IMG/VR virus record: IMGVR_UViG_3300027833_000022
Span: 1-64,000 of that record
Reading direction: 5' to 3' (one strand)
Source of the DNA: a virus
Length of the DNA: 64,000 nucleotides
The stretch's first letter is position 1. Each line of letters opens with the position of its first letter. Shown here piece by piece: positions 30,222 through 42,000 of this stretch. Below the pieces are notes generated by a model. The model was not told where the DNA came from and ran no database searches. It worked only from the letters and a program-made list of their open reading frames with translations. The position numbers and the translations under genes were made by a program.

Positions 30222-30680
30222 ATGAGTAAGTTACATGCAAGTGGGTGCATATTTTTAAGTATAGACACTGGAAGAGTATTACTGCAACAACGAAGTGAGA
30301 AATCTAGTCATCCGCGTACTTGGGGATTCTTTGGAGGTAAAGGCGAAAACGGAGAACGACCATTAGAAACTTTACTGCGTGAACTTGAAGAAGAAGTTGG
30401 ATTATTACCTGATGTTGAGAAGATATACCCACTAAATAAGTTCATATCACCTGATAATAGATTTGAGTATAATACATTTGCAGTTGCTGTGTTTGAAGAA
30501 TTTATTCCGCAACTTAATAACGAAAGTGATGGATTTTGTTGGGTCAAGATAAGTAACTGGCCTCGTCCTCTACATCCAGGAACTAAGGCACAATTATATA
30601 ATAAAGAGATAATTAAGAAAATTAGAACCATACACGAAACTAGTTCAATGAATGGTTCTAATTGGTTAGATACGCTTTAA
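30222..30680 (+). CDS. NUDIX hydrolase
   Basis: Nudix box GGKGENGERPLETLLRELEEEVG. Confidence 0.92.
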   Translation: MSKLHASGCIFLSIDTGRVLLQQRSEKSSHPRTWGFFGGKGENGERPLETLLRELEEEVGLLPDVEKIYPLNKFISPDNRFEYNTFAVAVFEEFIPQLNNESDGFCWVKISNWPRPLHPGTKAQLYNKEIIKKIRTIHETSSMNGSNWLDTL

Positions 30681-30703
30681 TTTGTGAATATTATATATAA
30701 TTG

Positions 30704-31090
30704 TTATGCAGGCTTCGTTGGCATAGTTACATTTATTAAACTTCCATCATCACCAATTTGTGGGTCTGCACCCTCAGTAATGTCACGTAAAGCCTGTCTG
30801 TAATCTACCCATTCTTGACTCATAGTAGGTACATCCTGTCCTGCTCTCCAATCTGTTTGAGCAATAAGTCTATCTCTGTACTGTCTTAACTGTTCCATTG
30901 CGTCTGCTACCTGTGGTACAAAAGTAGGTTCAGATCCATCCGCAGGGAATACAATTTCCCCACATTTATTTCTTTGTTCTGATATCAAAGCAGTATGTGC
31001 TTCTATCGATATTTCTACCGCATCAGATGGTATCACTCTGTTTACCTCAGTGTCGTAAAATCCTGAATTAGATGTTGAATATAAAATCAT
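30704..31090 (-). CDS. Tail fibre assembly chaperone (Tfa-like)
   Basis: YS.S..GFYD....IP.DAVEIS and R..RDRLI..TDW...W..YRQALRDIT motifs; TAATG coupling to the upstream fibre gene. Confidence 0.8.
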   Translation of the reverse strand: MILYSTSNSGFYDTEVNRVIPSDAVEISIEAHTALISEQRNKCGEIVFPADGSEPTFVPQVADAMEQLRQYRDRLIAQTDWRAGQDVPTMSQEWVDYRQALRDITEGADPQIGDDGSLINVTMPTKPA

Positions 31091-32001
31091 TATGCTAGTC
31101 CCCATGAATAGACCATAACATATGCTGTGCCAACACTGCCACTAACATGTCCTAGTCGGTAAAATACTGTAACTTGTGTATTAGAAGCAGAACCCTTGGT
31201 ACATGCAGTTCCTTCTCTATCACCATTATCAAGAATAGATAAACTAGTACCCATGCAATTAGAGTATGCAGTAGGGAAAGTATGAACTACGCTGGTGTTT
31301 ACATTGTTTGTTCCTGTCAGTGTACATTGAATCATAAAACCATCATCAAACACATGTTTAAAATCAGTTGTAAACCCAGTACCACCTGCTATTGATACAG
31401 CCCTATGAAAGTCTGGTATATCAGTGCCGTTTATTGCAAGTATGCCTGATATGTCAACACCTGTAGATGTGGTTTCAAATTTCTTAGCATTGTCGTAATA
31501 CAATTGCACTTCCGCATCTTCTGTCCCAATTATCATATTTTCAGTTGCGGCAGCATTTGAAACTCTAAACTCGTTACTTGCTAACCATAACGAGCCAGTA
31601 CCAGCATCTTCAATGTAACTGTCAGCTCCATCATGGTAAATCTTTAAGTCATTGCCTGGCAAACCAAAAATAGCCTTGACGTTATCACCAAGCAAGATGT
31701 CTCCCGTTAGTGTACCACCAGATAAGGGCAAAAAATCACCTTCTGATAACGGACCCCATGCTCCATTATTGTAACCTTCGAATTGATTAAGATCAGTGTT
31801 ATGTCTTACCATGCCTACTTCACCCGTAGGTCGTTGCAATGTTGTGCCTGATGGTAAATTTAGTGACGTGTCTATTGGAATAGAGATTTCACCTCCAGTA
31901 CCAGCGCCTAATACAACATCTGTTCCAGTTGCCGAATCAATTCTTGTACCTCCGACACCATCAATATCTAATACTGTCTGATTGCCTATTTTAAAAGCCA
32001 C
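31090..32001 (-). CDS. Short tail fibre protein
   Basis: GTG start with GGGAG SD; LPSGTT.QRP, FLPLSGGTLTG and C-terminal 'IQC......FPTAY' tip pattern. Confidence 0.75.
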   Translation of the reverse strand: MAFKIGNQTVLDIDGVGGTRIDSATGTDVVLGAGTGGEISIPIDTSLNLPSGTTLQRPTGEVGMVRHNTDLNQFEGYNNGAWGPLSEGDFLPLSGGTLTGDILLGDNVKAIFGLPGNDLKIYHDGADSYIEDAGTGSLWLASNEFRVSNAAATENMIIGTEDAEVQLYYDNAKKFETTSTGVDISGILAINGTDIPDFHRAVSIAGGTGFTTDFKHVFDDGFMIQCTLTGTNNVNTSVVHTFPTAYSNCMGTSLSILDNGDREGTACTKGSASNTQVTVFYRLGHVSGSVGTAYVMVYSWGLA

Positions 32002-32120
32002 GTTGTCTCTCCCTTATTTGTGATATATGAAACATCTATTTGTCTCAATATTAATTTTATTTACTGTTACTATTTATCTTTTTTAAATTATATGCATAGT
32101 TAATGTATTTTATTTAGAGC

Positions 32121-32149
32121 AAAAAAAAGACCCCTTTCGGAGTCTTTTT
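32121..32149 (-). terminator. Rho-independent terminator
   Basis: AAAAAAAAGACCCC-TTTC-GGAGTCTTTTT. Confidence 0.75.
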
Positions 32150-32193
32150 ATCATCTTTATTCGTCTTAGTAATAAATTACTATGTTATAACGA

Positions 32194-35100
32194 TTAAATG
32201 TTGATGTAAGTAGAGATTACTTTAACCGATGCTGTAACAGCACTTGTAGTATAAGTAAGTTCAACGTTGCCTGCATTCATTGCTACAGATGCATCACCCA
32301 TTAATGCAGCGCCGGTGTAAACCATTGCGAATTCAGTGATATATGCTGCTGATCCGTCATGAACAACTAATGCTTCACGAGTCTCGTATTCACCACTTAC
32401 GCTATCACTAACTTGGATAACATACTTAGCAGAACGATACAATGATGAATCAAATGTATCAATAACATCACCACCAGTAGTTGCTGAAACGTTACCAGAC
32501 TGAATAAATGGCTTAACATCTGCTGCTAACTTCTCAGAAGTAACCGCACCTGCTTGAACAGTATAACCAGTTTGATGACCCACAAGAACTGCTTGCGTAC
32601 CAGTTGGTATTGCACCTGCTGTGAATGTAATCGTTTGAGCAACAGAGTTAACAGTGTAGTGAGATGATGGATCTTGAATAACACCACCAACGAATACCAT
32701 TAAGTCTTCTGCTGTACCGATTTCGAAAGTTACTGCGAATGTAGTTGTTACATCATCACCATTCAATGTTTGACGCTGTACATCTGACACTAAAAGACCA
32801 GTAGGATCAACAAGAACCATGCCTGTTCCTTCTGGATTAACTACTGCAATATAGTTAGCAGTTGTATCGTAATTAACTTCTGAACCTGCAAAGTCAGATA
32901 ATTCTAAGAATGACTTCTGTGTATCAACAGTAACAACACCATCTGCGTAAGATACGCGACCTGTTCCTTCTGTGTCAACTACTGAGATTGCTGCGTGTGC
33001 ACGAGCATCAGTGAAGTATAAGTTCGTTGAACCTTCTGCTAAACTATCAGTGTTAGTAGTACTAATAGCAGATGATGAAATTAAACCATCAACGTAAGAC
33101 TTAGATGCTGCATCGGTTGCTGCACTAGGAGTTGCCAAGCCAGAGATGACGTTAGAACCCATGTTTAGTACACCAGACATTGTTGAACCAGATTTTGCAA
33201 CCTTAGTATCAATGTCAGATTGAAGAACAACTTCTGCTGCTAGTGCACGAGTTTCTTCTGTTACTACTGCTGCTGCGTTGGTTGATTCAACACCCATTGC
33301 ACGAGTTCTTTCTGTTACTACTGCTGCTGCGTTAACACCTTCTGCGGTTGTTGCACGAGTTACTTCATCTGAAATATCATTTGCATTATCAGTAATAAGA
33401 GTACTTAGACCACTGTCTGCTGATTGGAATGCTGCAAGCAATTCAGTCAATGAATCCAATGCTACATTATCAGTGTTTGAAGTTATAAAGTCAATCTGTC
33501 CTTGTAAGTTTAAATCTGCTGCTGCACGATCTACAAGTTCAGTTGCTAAACCATTTGTAACCGAAGTCACATTGCCAGTAAGAACAAGTTCTGCTGCAAC
33601 TGCACGATCTCTCTCGGTTACTACTGCTGTTGCGTTAACACCTTCTGCGGTTGTTGCACGAGTTACTTCATCTGAAATATCAGTTGTGAGTACACCTTCT
33701 GCTGCGATAGCGCGATCTGCTTCTGCTTTTAGTGCTGCATCAAGTTTCATGTCTGCACTTGCAAGTGAAGTTGCAGTATCGTGATAGTTTGATGTAGTAG
33801 GAGCAACATATGCACCAGTTACTGATAAACCAGCACCAGACTGTGTGGCAGTGATTTCAGTCAAGTTAGATGCGATATCTGTTGCCAAACCAGACTCTAC
33901 GCCAGTTGCACGAGATACTTCTGTACTAATTGCTGTTGCGTTAACACCTTCTGCTGCACGTGCTGTGCCTGCTTCTGCTGCAATTGCATTAGTTGCAACA
34001 AGTTCTGCTGCAACTGCACGAGTCTTTTCTGCAAAAATTGCTGCATCAAGCTTCATGTCTGCATCAGCTAATGAAACTGCTGAATCATGATGATTAGAAG
34101 TAGTAGGAGCAACATATGCGCCTGTTGATGATAAGCCTGCTCCAGATTGTGAAGCATCTAATTCATTTTGAATTAAAAGATCGGCTGCTGCAAAATCTGA
34201 ACGAACTTGTGTATCATTACCTGATACTGCATTAGTCAATACTAATTCTGCTGCTTCTGCGCGATTTTTTTCTGTTACAATTGCTGTTGCATTAGTAACA
34301 ATTGCTGCTTCGGCTGTATCAAGTTCTGCTTGAATATTACCTAAACCAGATACGCTAGAAGCGTCAAGTTCGTTGATCGCTGCTGTTACAGTTTGTGCGT
34401 CAGTAGACAATACTGCTACGCCCATAGTTGCTTGTAGAGTATCTACGTTGCCTTCTTCTGTAGTCATACGTGTTGCTAGTGCACTTTCTGCTGCAAGAGC
34501 GCGAGTTTCTTCTGATGTAATAGCGGTAGTATTTACACCTTCTGCTAATAATGCGCGAGTTCTTTCTGTACCTACTGCTGTTGTGTTAAGACCTTCTGCT
34601 GCTAGTGCACGAGTTTCTTCTGCTGCAATTGCTGCTGTATTAGACTGAACAGTGGCAAGTGTTGAACTGTCTGCTGCCGTAAATGCTGCCACAATCTCAG
34701 TCAATGAATCCAATGCTGCGCCATCAGTGTTTGTGTTGATGAATGCAATTGCAGTTGCGTTGGTTGCTACGTCAGTAGTCAATACCGACTCTGCTGCTTC
34801 TGCACGAATCTTTTCTGCTGCAATAGCGCCTGCGTTAACAACTTCTGCTGCTTCTGCACGAGTTACTTCTGCTGCTAAATCATTAGTCAATACTAATTCT
34901 GCACTAACTGCTCTTGCATTATTTGTTACAATAGATGCTGCGTTAGTAGCGATATCAGTTGCGTTAGTAGCAATATCGATTGCGTGAGCCGCATCTGCCG
35001 CTGTTGCACGTGTTACTTCGTTATCAACCTTAGTATCTATCAATGCTTCTGCTGCTTCTGCACGAGTTACTTCTGCTGTAATTGCTGCGTCGTTGACTCC

Positions 35101-37338
35101 TTCTGCTAGTGCTGCACGAGATGCTTCAGTCTTGAGTGCTACGTCTAACTTAACGTCTGCGTCATTCAATGAAGTCGCTGCTGAGATATAATCTGCTGAT
35201 GCAGTTTGTGTATATGCACCTGTTGCTGCTAAACCAGAACCAACTTGAGTTGCATCAAGTTCTGCTTGTACATCATCAATGTTATCTTGTAATGCAACAT
35301 CTGCGATACCACGATCAACAATCTCTTGAGCGATATTAGTTACGTTAGTAGCGATATTAGTTACGTTAGTAGCGATATTAGTTGCGTTAGTACCTTCTGC
35401 TGCGCGTGCTGTGACTGCTTCTGCTGCGATAGCGTCTGCGTTAGCCTTCATCTGTACGTCTAACTTAATGTCTGCATCTTTTAATGAAGTTGCTGCTGAG
35501 ATATAATCGCCAGTTGCATGTGCTGTATACGTTCCATCAATTCCTAAACCAGCGCCAGTTTGGGTATCATCTAATTCTGCTTGAATTGCATCTGTATCAC
35601 CTGATGCACCTGTTGCAATAGCATCAATGTTATCTTGTAATGTAACATCTGCTGCTGCACGAGTGCCTGCTTCTGCTGCAATAGCGTTAGCGTTAGCAAC
35701 TTCTGCTGCGCGTGCAATGGCTGCTTCTGCTGCAATATTTGCTTGCAATGTATTATCATTTGCTAAACGTGTTGCTTCTTCATCAGAAATAGCAGTTGCG
35801 TTTGTAGTAATAAGTCCTGCAAGGCCTGTATCTGCTGCTTCATATGCAGTTACCAATTCAGCCAACGAGTTTAATGCAACTGCGTCAGTGTTTGTAAGAA
35901 TATTTCCAATCGCTGTTGCGTTAGTTGCGATGTCTGTTTCATTAGTTGATACACGAACTTCTACAGCATTTGTATCTGTATGTAATTCGTTTATAGCACC
36001 ACTCAATGTTTGTGCAACAGTACCTAATGTTGCTGAACCTGATTGTGCTTCAATAACGTCAAGACGACCTTCTGCTGCGTCCATCTCAGTTTCTAGTGTA
36101 GTAGCACGACCAGCAAGGACTGCGTCTGCTGCGTCTGAGGTAACTGCACGAGCTACGTCTTTTGCTTCTGCTGATGCAATTGCGTCTGCTTCTGCTGTAT
36201 CTGCTTTAGTAGTTGCGTCTGCTGCTGCTGTTGCAACTGCGTCTGCTTCTGCTGTATCTGCATAAGTCTGTAATGCAGTTGTTTGTGCTGTGTCTGCTGC
36301 TGCAAATTCGCCACGAATTGCTGTGTCTGCAAGACCACGTGCAGTAGTTTCGTTTGTTAGTGAAGATGACAATGCACTTTCTGCTGCTGTTGCACGAGTT
36401 TCTTCTGCTGCGATATCAGATACGTTAGTAGCGATGTCTGCTGCGTTTGCTGCGATCTCTGCTGCACTTGAACCAGATAGACCAGATACACTAGCTTCTA
36501 GTGCGTCAATTGCGTCTGCGTTAGTCTTCATCTGTGCATCTAACTTAACGTCTGCATCATTCAATGAAGTCGCTGCTGTAAGATAGTTAGTTGAAGCGCC
36601 TACTACATATGCGCCTGATGCTGCTAATCCTGCGCCTGCTTGCGAAGTATCTAATTCAGATTGAGTATTACTTATACTAGCATTTAATACACTATCTTGT
36701 GCTATACGATTACTAGTTTCAGTACTAATGCTGTTTGCGTTTGTCTGAACACTAACAGTAAATACATCATCTGCTTCTGAGAATGCTGTAACAATTTCAG
36801 CCAACGAGTTTAATGCAACTTCGTCAGTGTTGTTCAAAATATTATTTATTTGCGTTTGCAAGTTAGTATCAGCCAATTGATACGCAGTGGTTATTGACCC
36901 TTCTGCTCCTGTTGCACGAGTTACTTCTGCTGCGATAGAGTCTGCGTTTGCAACTTCTGCTAATGTTGCACGATTAGTTTCGTTTGTAATACTAGTTGCG
37001 TTTGCGCCTTCTGCAATCATTGCACGAGTCTTTTCAGTTAATACTGCTGCTGCGATATCATCTGCGACTGCGTCTTTCGCACGTTGGTCTGTAAAGTATA
37101 AATTTGCATCTACACCAGTACCTTCTGCTAAGTCATTAGTATCTAATGAGTTTACTAAATGACGTACTGTAATACGTGATAATGTTTCCGAACTTGCTAC
37201 GTGCAATAACAAAGTGTCGGTGTCTAATGAGTTCACTGCCAATGCTGCATCTTGGCCAGATACTGCTGATGGTGCTACTTTCGTTGGCGTAATTGCTGCG
37301 TTCGCCAGTGCTGGTGCTTTAATCTGTCTAAAAGCCAT
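32194..37338 (-). CDS. Very long segmented coiled-coil fibre/whisker protein (~1714 aa)
   Basis: Ala-rich 'AEVTRATAAE' coiled-coil repeats, TDSLAEGSTNLYFTD motifs, C-terminal 'YRSAKYVIQ' domain; GGAG SD before MAFRQIK. Confidence 0.8.
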   Translation of the reverse strand: MAFRQIKAPALANAAITPTKVAPSAVSGQDAALAVNSLDTDTLLLHVASSETLSRITVRHLVNSLDTNDLAEGTGVDANLYFTDQRAKDAVADDIAAAVLTEKTRAMIAEGANATSITNETNRATLAEVANADSIAAEVTRATGAEGSITTAYQLADTNLQTQINNILNNTDEVALNSLAEIVTAFSEADDVFTVSVQTNANSISTETSNRIAQDSVLNASISNTQSELDTSQAGAGLAASGAYVVGASTNYLTAATSLNDADVKLDAQMKTNADAIDALEASVSGLSGSSAAEIAANAADIATNVSDIAAEETRATAAESALSSSLTNETTARGLADTAIRGEFAAADTAQTTALQTYADTAEADAVATAAADATTKADTAEADAIASAEAKDVARAVTSDAADAVLAGRATTLETEMDAAEGRLDVIEAQSGSATLGTVAQTLSGAINELHTDTNAVEVRVSTNETDIATNATAIGNILTNTDAVALNSLAELVTAYEAADTGLAGLITTNATAISDEEATRLANDNTLQANIAAEAAIARAAEVANANAIAAEAGTRAAADVTLQDNIDAIATGASGDTDAIQAELDDTQTGAGLGIDGTYTAHATGDYISAATSLKDADIKLDVQMKANADAIAAEAVTARAAEGTNATNIATNVTNIATNVTNIAQEIVDRGIADVALQDNIDDVQAELDATQVGSGLAATGAYTQTASADYISAATSLNDADVKLDVALKTEASRAALAEGVNDAAITAEVTRAEAAEALIDTKVDNEVTRATAADAAHAIDIATNATDIATNAASIVTNNARAVSAELVLTNDLAAEVTRAEAAEVVNAGAIAAEKIRAEAAESVLTTDVATNATAIAFINTNTDGAALDSLTEIVAAFTAADSSTLATVQSNTAAIAAEETRALAAEGLNTTAVGTERTRALLAEGVNTTAITSEETRALAAESALATRMTTEEGNVDTLQATMGVAVLSTDAQTVTAAINELDASSVSGLGNIQAELDTAEAAIVTNATAIVTEKNRAEAAELVLTNAVSGNDTQVRSDFAAADLLIQNELDASQSGAGLSSTGAYVAPTTSNHHDSAVSLADADMKLDAAIFAEKTRAVAAELVATNAIAAEAGTARAAEGVNATAISTEVSRATGVESGLATDIASNLTEITATQSGAGLSVTGAYVAPTTSNYHDTATSLASADMKLDAALKAEADRAIAAEGVLTTDISDEVTRATTAEGVNATAVVTERDRAVAAELVLTGNVTSVTNGLATELVDRAAADLNLQGQIDFITSNTDNVALDSLTELLAAFQSADSGLSTLITDNANDISDEVTRATTAEGVNAAAVVTERTRAMGVESTNAAAVVTEETRALAAEVVLQSDIDTKVAKSGSTMSGVLNMGSNVISGLATPSAATDAASKSYVDGLISSSAISTTNTDSLAEGSTNLYFTDARAHAAISVVDTEGTGRVSYADGVVTVDTQKSFLELSDFAGSEVNYDTTANYIAVVNPEGTGMVLVDPTGLLVSDVQRQTLNGDDVTTTFAVTFEIGTAEDLMVFVGGVIQDPSSHYTVNSVAQTITFTAGAIPTGTQAVLVGHQTGYTVQAGAVTSEKLAADVKPFIQSGNVSATTGGDVIDTFDSSLYRSAKYVIQVSDSVSGEYETREALVVHDGSAAYITEFAMVYTGAALMGDASVAMNAGNVELTYTTSAVTASVKVISTYINI

Positions 37339-37514
37339 GAATTCTTCTCCAATCAATATATATATTAACTGTCCGCTATTGCCGACAATTTGTTACAAAA
37401 TGGTAAACATTTCGTTAACACTGTTATTTATCATAAAAATTTTATTAATTAAACTACGTGATTATATAATGTATAGTGTATAACTAGTTATGCAATTCGA
37501 GATTGATAGTTATA

Positions 37515-39035
37515 TTATACGGGTAGGTAACGTATATCAACAATTGATGACGCTTCTGGTGCGACATTAAACGTCAATGCTGTATTTGAAATTGAGTATG
37601 AGGTAGGTGGTAATATTGCACCATCTACAATAACAAGAACACTGTGCACACTATGACCTGGTTGTATAGTGTACTGTGTGGTGGAATTATCGCCAGCGTA
37701 TTGACTACTAGTATATGTCAAATTCAAGTGATGATTTTCTATAGAATTATGTATAGGTGATGTCATCGTAGCAAACGGGTAACGATACTTAATATAAATT
37801 TCAGCACCATTCGCAGGGATTACATTGAACGTCAGTATATTGGCATTTATTGCAAACACACTTGGGCGCTGTAGAACATCATTTACATACACGTCAACTG
37901 ATTCTACATCTTCTGGTGTATCAGTTAATGGATATGCTACAGTTACGCCATTTCCAATAAATTCTTGTGCTGCTGGAATTGGTGATAAATTAATACCATT
38001 GTCAGCAAACGAGAAATTCCCATTTCCGTCCGTTACTAATACTTGTCCATTTGTACCATCGGAGATTCCAAGATCAAGTAATCCATCATCGGGGTCTCCA
38101 AACGAGAAATTACCACTTCCGTCTGTTAATAATACTTGACCAAGTGCACCATCTGTAATTCCAAGATCAAGTAATCCACCAACTACAGTTGATGATATAG
38201 TAACAGTTCCATCACTGTTATCTGTTAATTCAAAACCACTACCGACATCAAATTTTAATCCAGTAACAACTACTGATAAATTTGATGATCCTACACTATT
38301 AATTTCACTTACTGAGAATGCTAAATCAGTTCTTATAGCGTCATTCTGGGCAATTAATTGTGACGATGTTGCAAATGTACTATCAGCATCTTGGAATGCT
38401 GCAACAATTTCTGTAAGAGAGTCTAATGTTGCTGGATCAGTATTTGATACTATATTATCAATCTGGGATTGTAATGAACTAACATCTGCTTGTTGACCTG
38501 TTGCAGATGCAACGCCCTTTGAACCAGAATAGGTAGCGCCAGATATGTAAACACTGTTACCTGTAAAAGATTTTCCATTAGGAAGATTATCACCAATAAA
38601 GTTTAGTATACCAGCTTGATAATCAAAAAACCATTCATCGTTATTACCACTACCAGTAGTAAATACTTTATTAGACATAGTCTCAGCACCAGCGGCATCG
38701 CCGGCAGTGTGTATATAAACATTAACGATATAAGTTGAGCCAAATTCAGTTGGAATCCAATCAGTAATTCCAGTATTCCAAGTTCTATTACCAGTTGCAG
38801 TGATATCTTCAACTGATTCAATTGCTGTACGAATTTCTACAACACCAGATGTAACAGATGGTCGTACATTAGGAATATCACCAGAAGAAGACCAAATTGT
38901 ATCGCCACGTATTAATAACGGACTAGGTATACTTTCGTTGGCTGCTAACTTGTTGAAAACTGTATCAGTTTTGGCGGCACCTAGACCGAGTTTCTTAAAT
39001 AGAAAGTCTAATTTTTGATTATCAGAAATTGCCAT
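37515..39035 (-). CDS. Virion structural/fibre-associated protein
   Basis: Duplicated LLDLGI.DG..GQVL.TDG.GNFSF motif and two C-terminal 'G......Y.......V.V...V......Y.I....LTF...P' beta domains. Confidence 0.7.
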   Translation of the reverse strand: MAISDNQKLDFLFKKLGLGAAKTDTVFNKLAANESIPSPLLIRGDTIWSSSGDIPNVRPSVTSGVVEIRTAIESVEDITATGNRTWNTGITDWIPTEFGSTYIVNVYIHTAGDAAGAETMSNKVFTTGSGNNDEWFFDYQAGILNFIGDNLPNGKSFTGNSVYISGATYSGSKGVASATGQQADVSSLQSQIDNIVSNTDPATLDSLTEIVAAFQDADSTFATSSQLIAQNDAIRTDLAFSVSEINSVGSSNLSVVVTGLKFDVGSGFELTDNSDGTVTISSTVVGGLLDLGITDGALGQVLLTDGSGNFSFGDPDDGLLDLGISDGTNGQVLVTDGNGNFSFADNGINLSPIPAAQEFIGNGVTVAYPLTDTPEDVESVDVYVNDVLQRPSVFAINANILTFNVIPANGAEIYIKYRYPFATMTSPIHNSIENHHLNLTYTSSQYAGDNSTTQYTIQPGHSVHSVLVIVDGAILPPTSYSISNTALTFNVAPEASSIVDIRYLPV

Positions 39036-42000
39036 TAGGAGGCCTCACCAATTGCAATATTTGTTATTTGTTGACCACTAGTTAATCCTACTCTAACCAA
39101 CACAACATTGTTTGTTGCATTACTCATATTTTCAGAACCTAGTGTCATGGTGTGACTTGAATTAATACTTGTTCCAGTTTGAATTACGTCTGATCCAGTT
39201 AATGCACATCCGTCTGAACCATTTCCACCTGCTGCTGTGTCAGAACCAGGCAATCCTACACCAGCGTACTGAATAGAACAATCTAACCAACCACCAGCAC
39301 CACTAGAATTATCTACTTGGGTTCCCGGAGATGCGATCCACATACCAGATATTCCAGTAGCGGCAATGATTACATCAAAATTGGCAACCACTCTTCTACG
39401 GAATGCAAATGTAAAATATTGTGTACCTGTGTCTGCGCTTCTATCTGGTCCCAATGGTAAATATCCCGTGCCATAGTCAACTGTATTATGTGTTATTTTT
39501 CCCCAACGCACAGTTGCTTCTTGTGTTCCACTCACGTCTATTGCACCAATAAAAGGTGTCGCTGAGTAATCTGTTGCACTATTTATGGTAGGCGTATCGG
39601 TGCTATCTGAAAGAAAGTCAGCAATACGAATCGCACCATCTGTAATGACACCATTTCCTAATCCACTTGCTACTGGAATTGCATATTCCAATATACCAGT
39701 GGGAGAAGATGTATGTACTTGAATTTTTTCTACAAGATGTGCATAATTACCTGTACCATTTACGTTATATGTTCTAACTTTTAATGTTTCAACTGCTGCT
39801 ATATTTGATGATGTAATATTAATTGTTTGATCAGCATATTGATAATTTAACGTGTTTGCTGCTGGAATATTGTTGGTTAAATAAACAATATCTTCTAAAT
39901 CTGAATAAGTTTTATATTGAGTACTAATTGTTGCACCATAAGTGCTTTCTGAATTAGTACCATTTGAAATTTCAAATACATTACTTGTATCTTTGTATGC
40001 TTGACCTATCCAATTATTTACTGTCACGCCCGATAATGTTAATTGGGGATTACCAGTGTTATAATAAGGTATTCCTGAAATATATCTGTAACTTCCCGCA
40101 ACATTTTCTGTTAGTGTAGCATTTGATACGTCATTGCTTGGTACACTTGTATGATCGTCACATACTACTGTGACATAGTTTGTGTTACCAGTTGTACTAT
40201 GTTCAATACGCTGATCATTGACACCAGTTGTATATTCAGAAAAAGGTTTAGTTATTTTTGAATCAAACGTTTGGAAAAATCCAGTAGGATATGTTGATGT
40301 ACTTATGGTATTATGTGCATCTCTTTGATCACTGATAACTAAACTTGAAAAAGTTCCATTTTCATTTAATGCAGTTGTAAAAGTTTTATCACCATCTGCA
40401 ACACCATTAACTATTGCAGTAACTGTACCTGCTAATCCATTGAATGAATTTGATGCAATTGATGTATCTAGTGTGCCATTTGTATATCTCCTCGCAGTCG
40501 AAGTTTGTAAACTTGCACCTGCTACTAACGGATTTGTTGCACTATTATCTGTAAATCCATGTGCTAATTTAGGACTGTGTCCTTGTGCTGGATCTGCGAG
40601 TGTTATTGTCTTACTAGACAATCCAGATGGTGCAGATGGAATTGCATTTACTTGGAATGTTAAATTAGCAGAATCTGTCTGAGTAGTTATATCAGGAGTG
40701 CCTGATACTGTAAAATCTAATTGATAATTTCCAGCACCAACACCAGTGAAGTCATGATTTACACTATCTAAACCTACTTCTGTATCATTACCACTACTAT
40801 CATTCCAATTATATACATGACTATCACCATGTTCACTTGTATTGCTTACTGTGACTAATGCTCTGTTAACACCTGTATAGTCTATACCATCATATACATC
40901 ATACTGATTATCGCCACTGCGATTTGAAATTGTATCCGCTGAACCTGCAATTGTTGCTCTGACATCTGGTTCAACATGTATTACAAAGTCTGTACTTGTA
41001 AATGGACTGCTAGTATGACTATTGATAACTTGTAAGTTACCAGTAAAATCTTGTGCTGTATTATTTCCTGCCAATGTATATTTGTGTGTTATTGTTTGTC
41101 CAGTATCACCTGATTGATTAGTACCTGCATTTACTGTTGTAATTGTTCCATCACCAAAATCCCATCTGTAAGTCGTTCCAAATGTACTGTAATTACCAAT
41201 AGATGATTCCGTATTGTTTGTAAATATAACTGATAATCCGTTGATAGATTCTTCATTAATTCCTGTGACAATATTTGAACTTGTATCTGGAGTATGTGTA
41301 TCATAAAGCAAATATGAAGAATTATCATCTAGTGGCAAAATTGATTGTTGCGCAGTAGTATGACTATCTAATGTTAATGTTACAGTGCGCTGTACTTCTG
41401 ATTCTGTACTAATAGCAAATGTATGCGCCAATCGACTACCATTAACACCACCTGCGGAAGTTTCATTATTAATGATATCATCTGGGGTTCCATCAGACCA
41501 GTTCCATGTATATTGAACTACTGCGCCCATTCCAAGTGTATTTGATGTTGTATTTTCAAAGTAAACAGTATCACCATCATCCCAATATGTAAGTTGATTT
41601 CCACCTACTGCTTGTGAGTATGCGGCAAATGTTACTACAGGATCTGGTGTGAATATTTCTATATAATTTTCTATTAATTTTGATGCTGAACTACCTTCGC
41701 CAACACCACTTTCATTAAATGCAGTTACATTTACATCGAATGGAGAACCTATCCAATTATCATATACATGAGACGGAGTTGAATCAGTAGTAGCAGTTGT
41801 AGTAACTCCATCGCCCCAATTAATTGTATATCGATTTGCATTTCCGACAACTGTGGTAGAAAGAGTTGCAGTTAATCCAGCACCGCCAGAAACATTATTG
41901 GATGAAAAATCAACTGATTTAACATAGGTATTTACTCTTATATTTTCAATAACTTCAGCAAGATTAGAAGTCTGTGAATCACCATAAGTTTCGATATTTT

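Noticed and set aside
33278-37483. Multiple + strand Ala/Ser-rich ORFs (also at 5743-6099, 8528-9472, 45190-45960, 46961-47654)
   Set aside because: Antisense shadows of repetitive, codon-biased minus-strand genes
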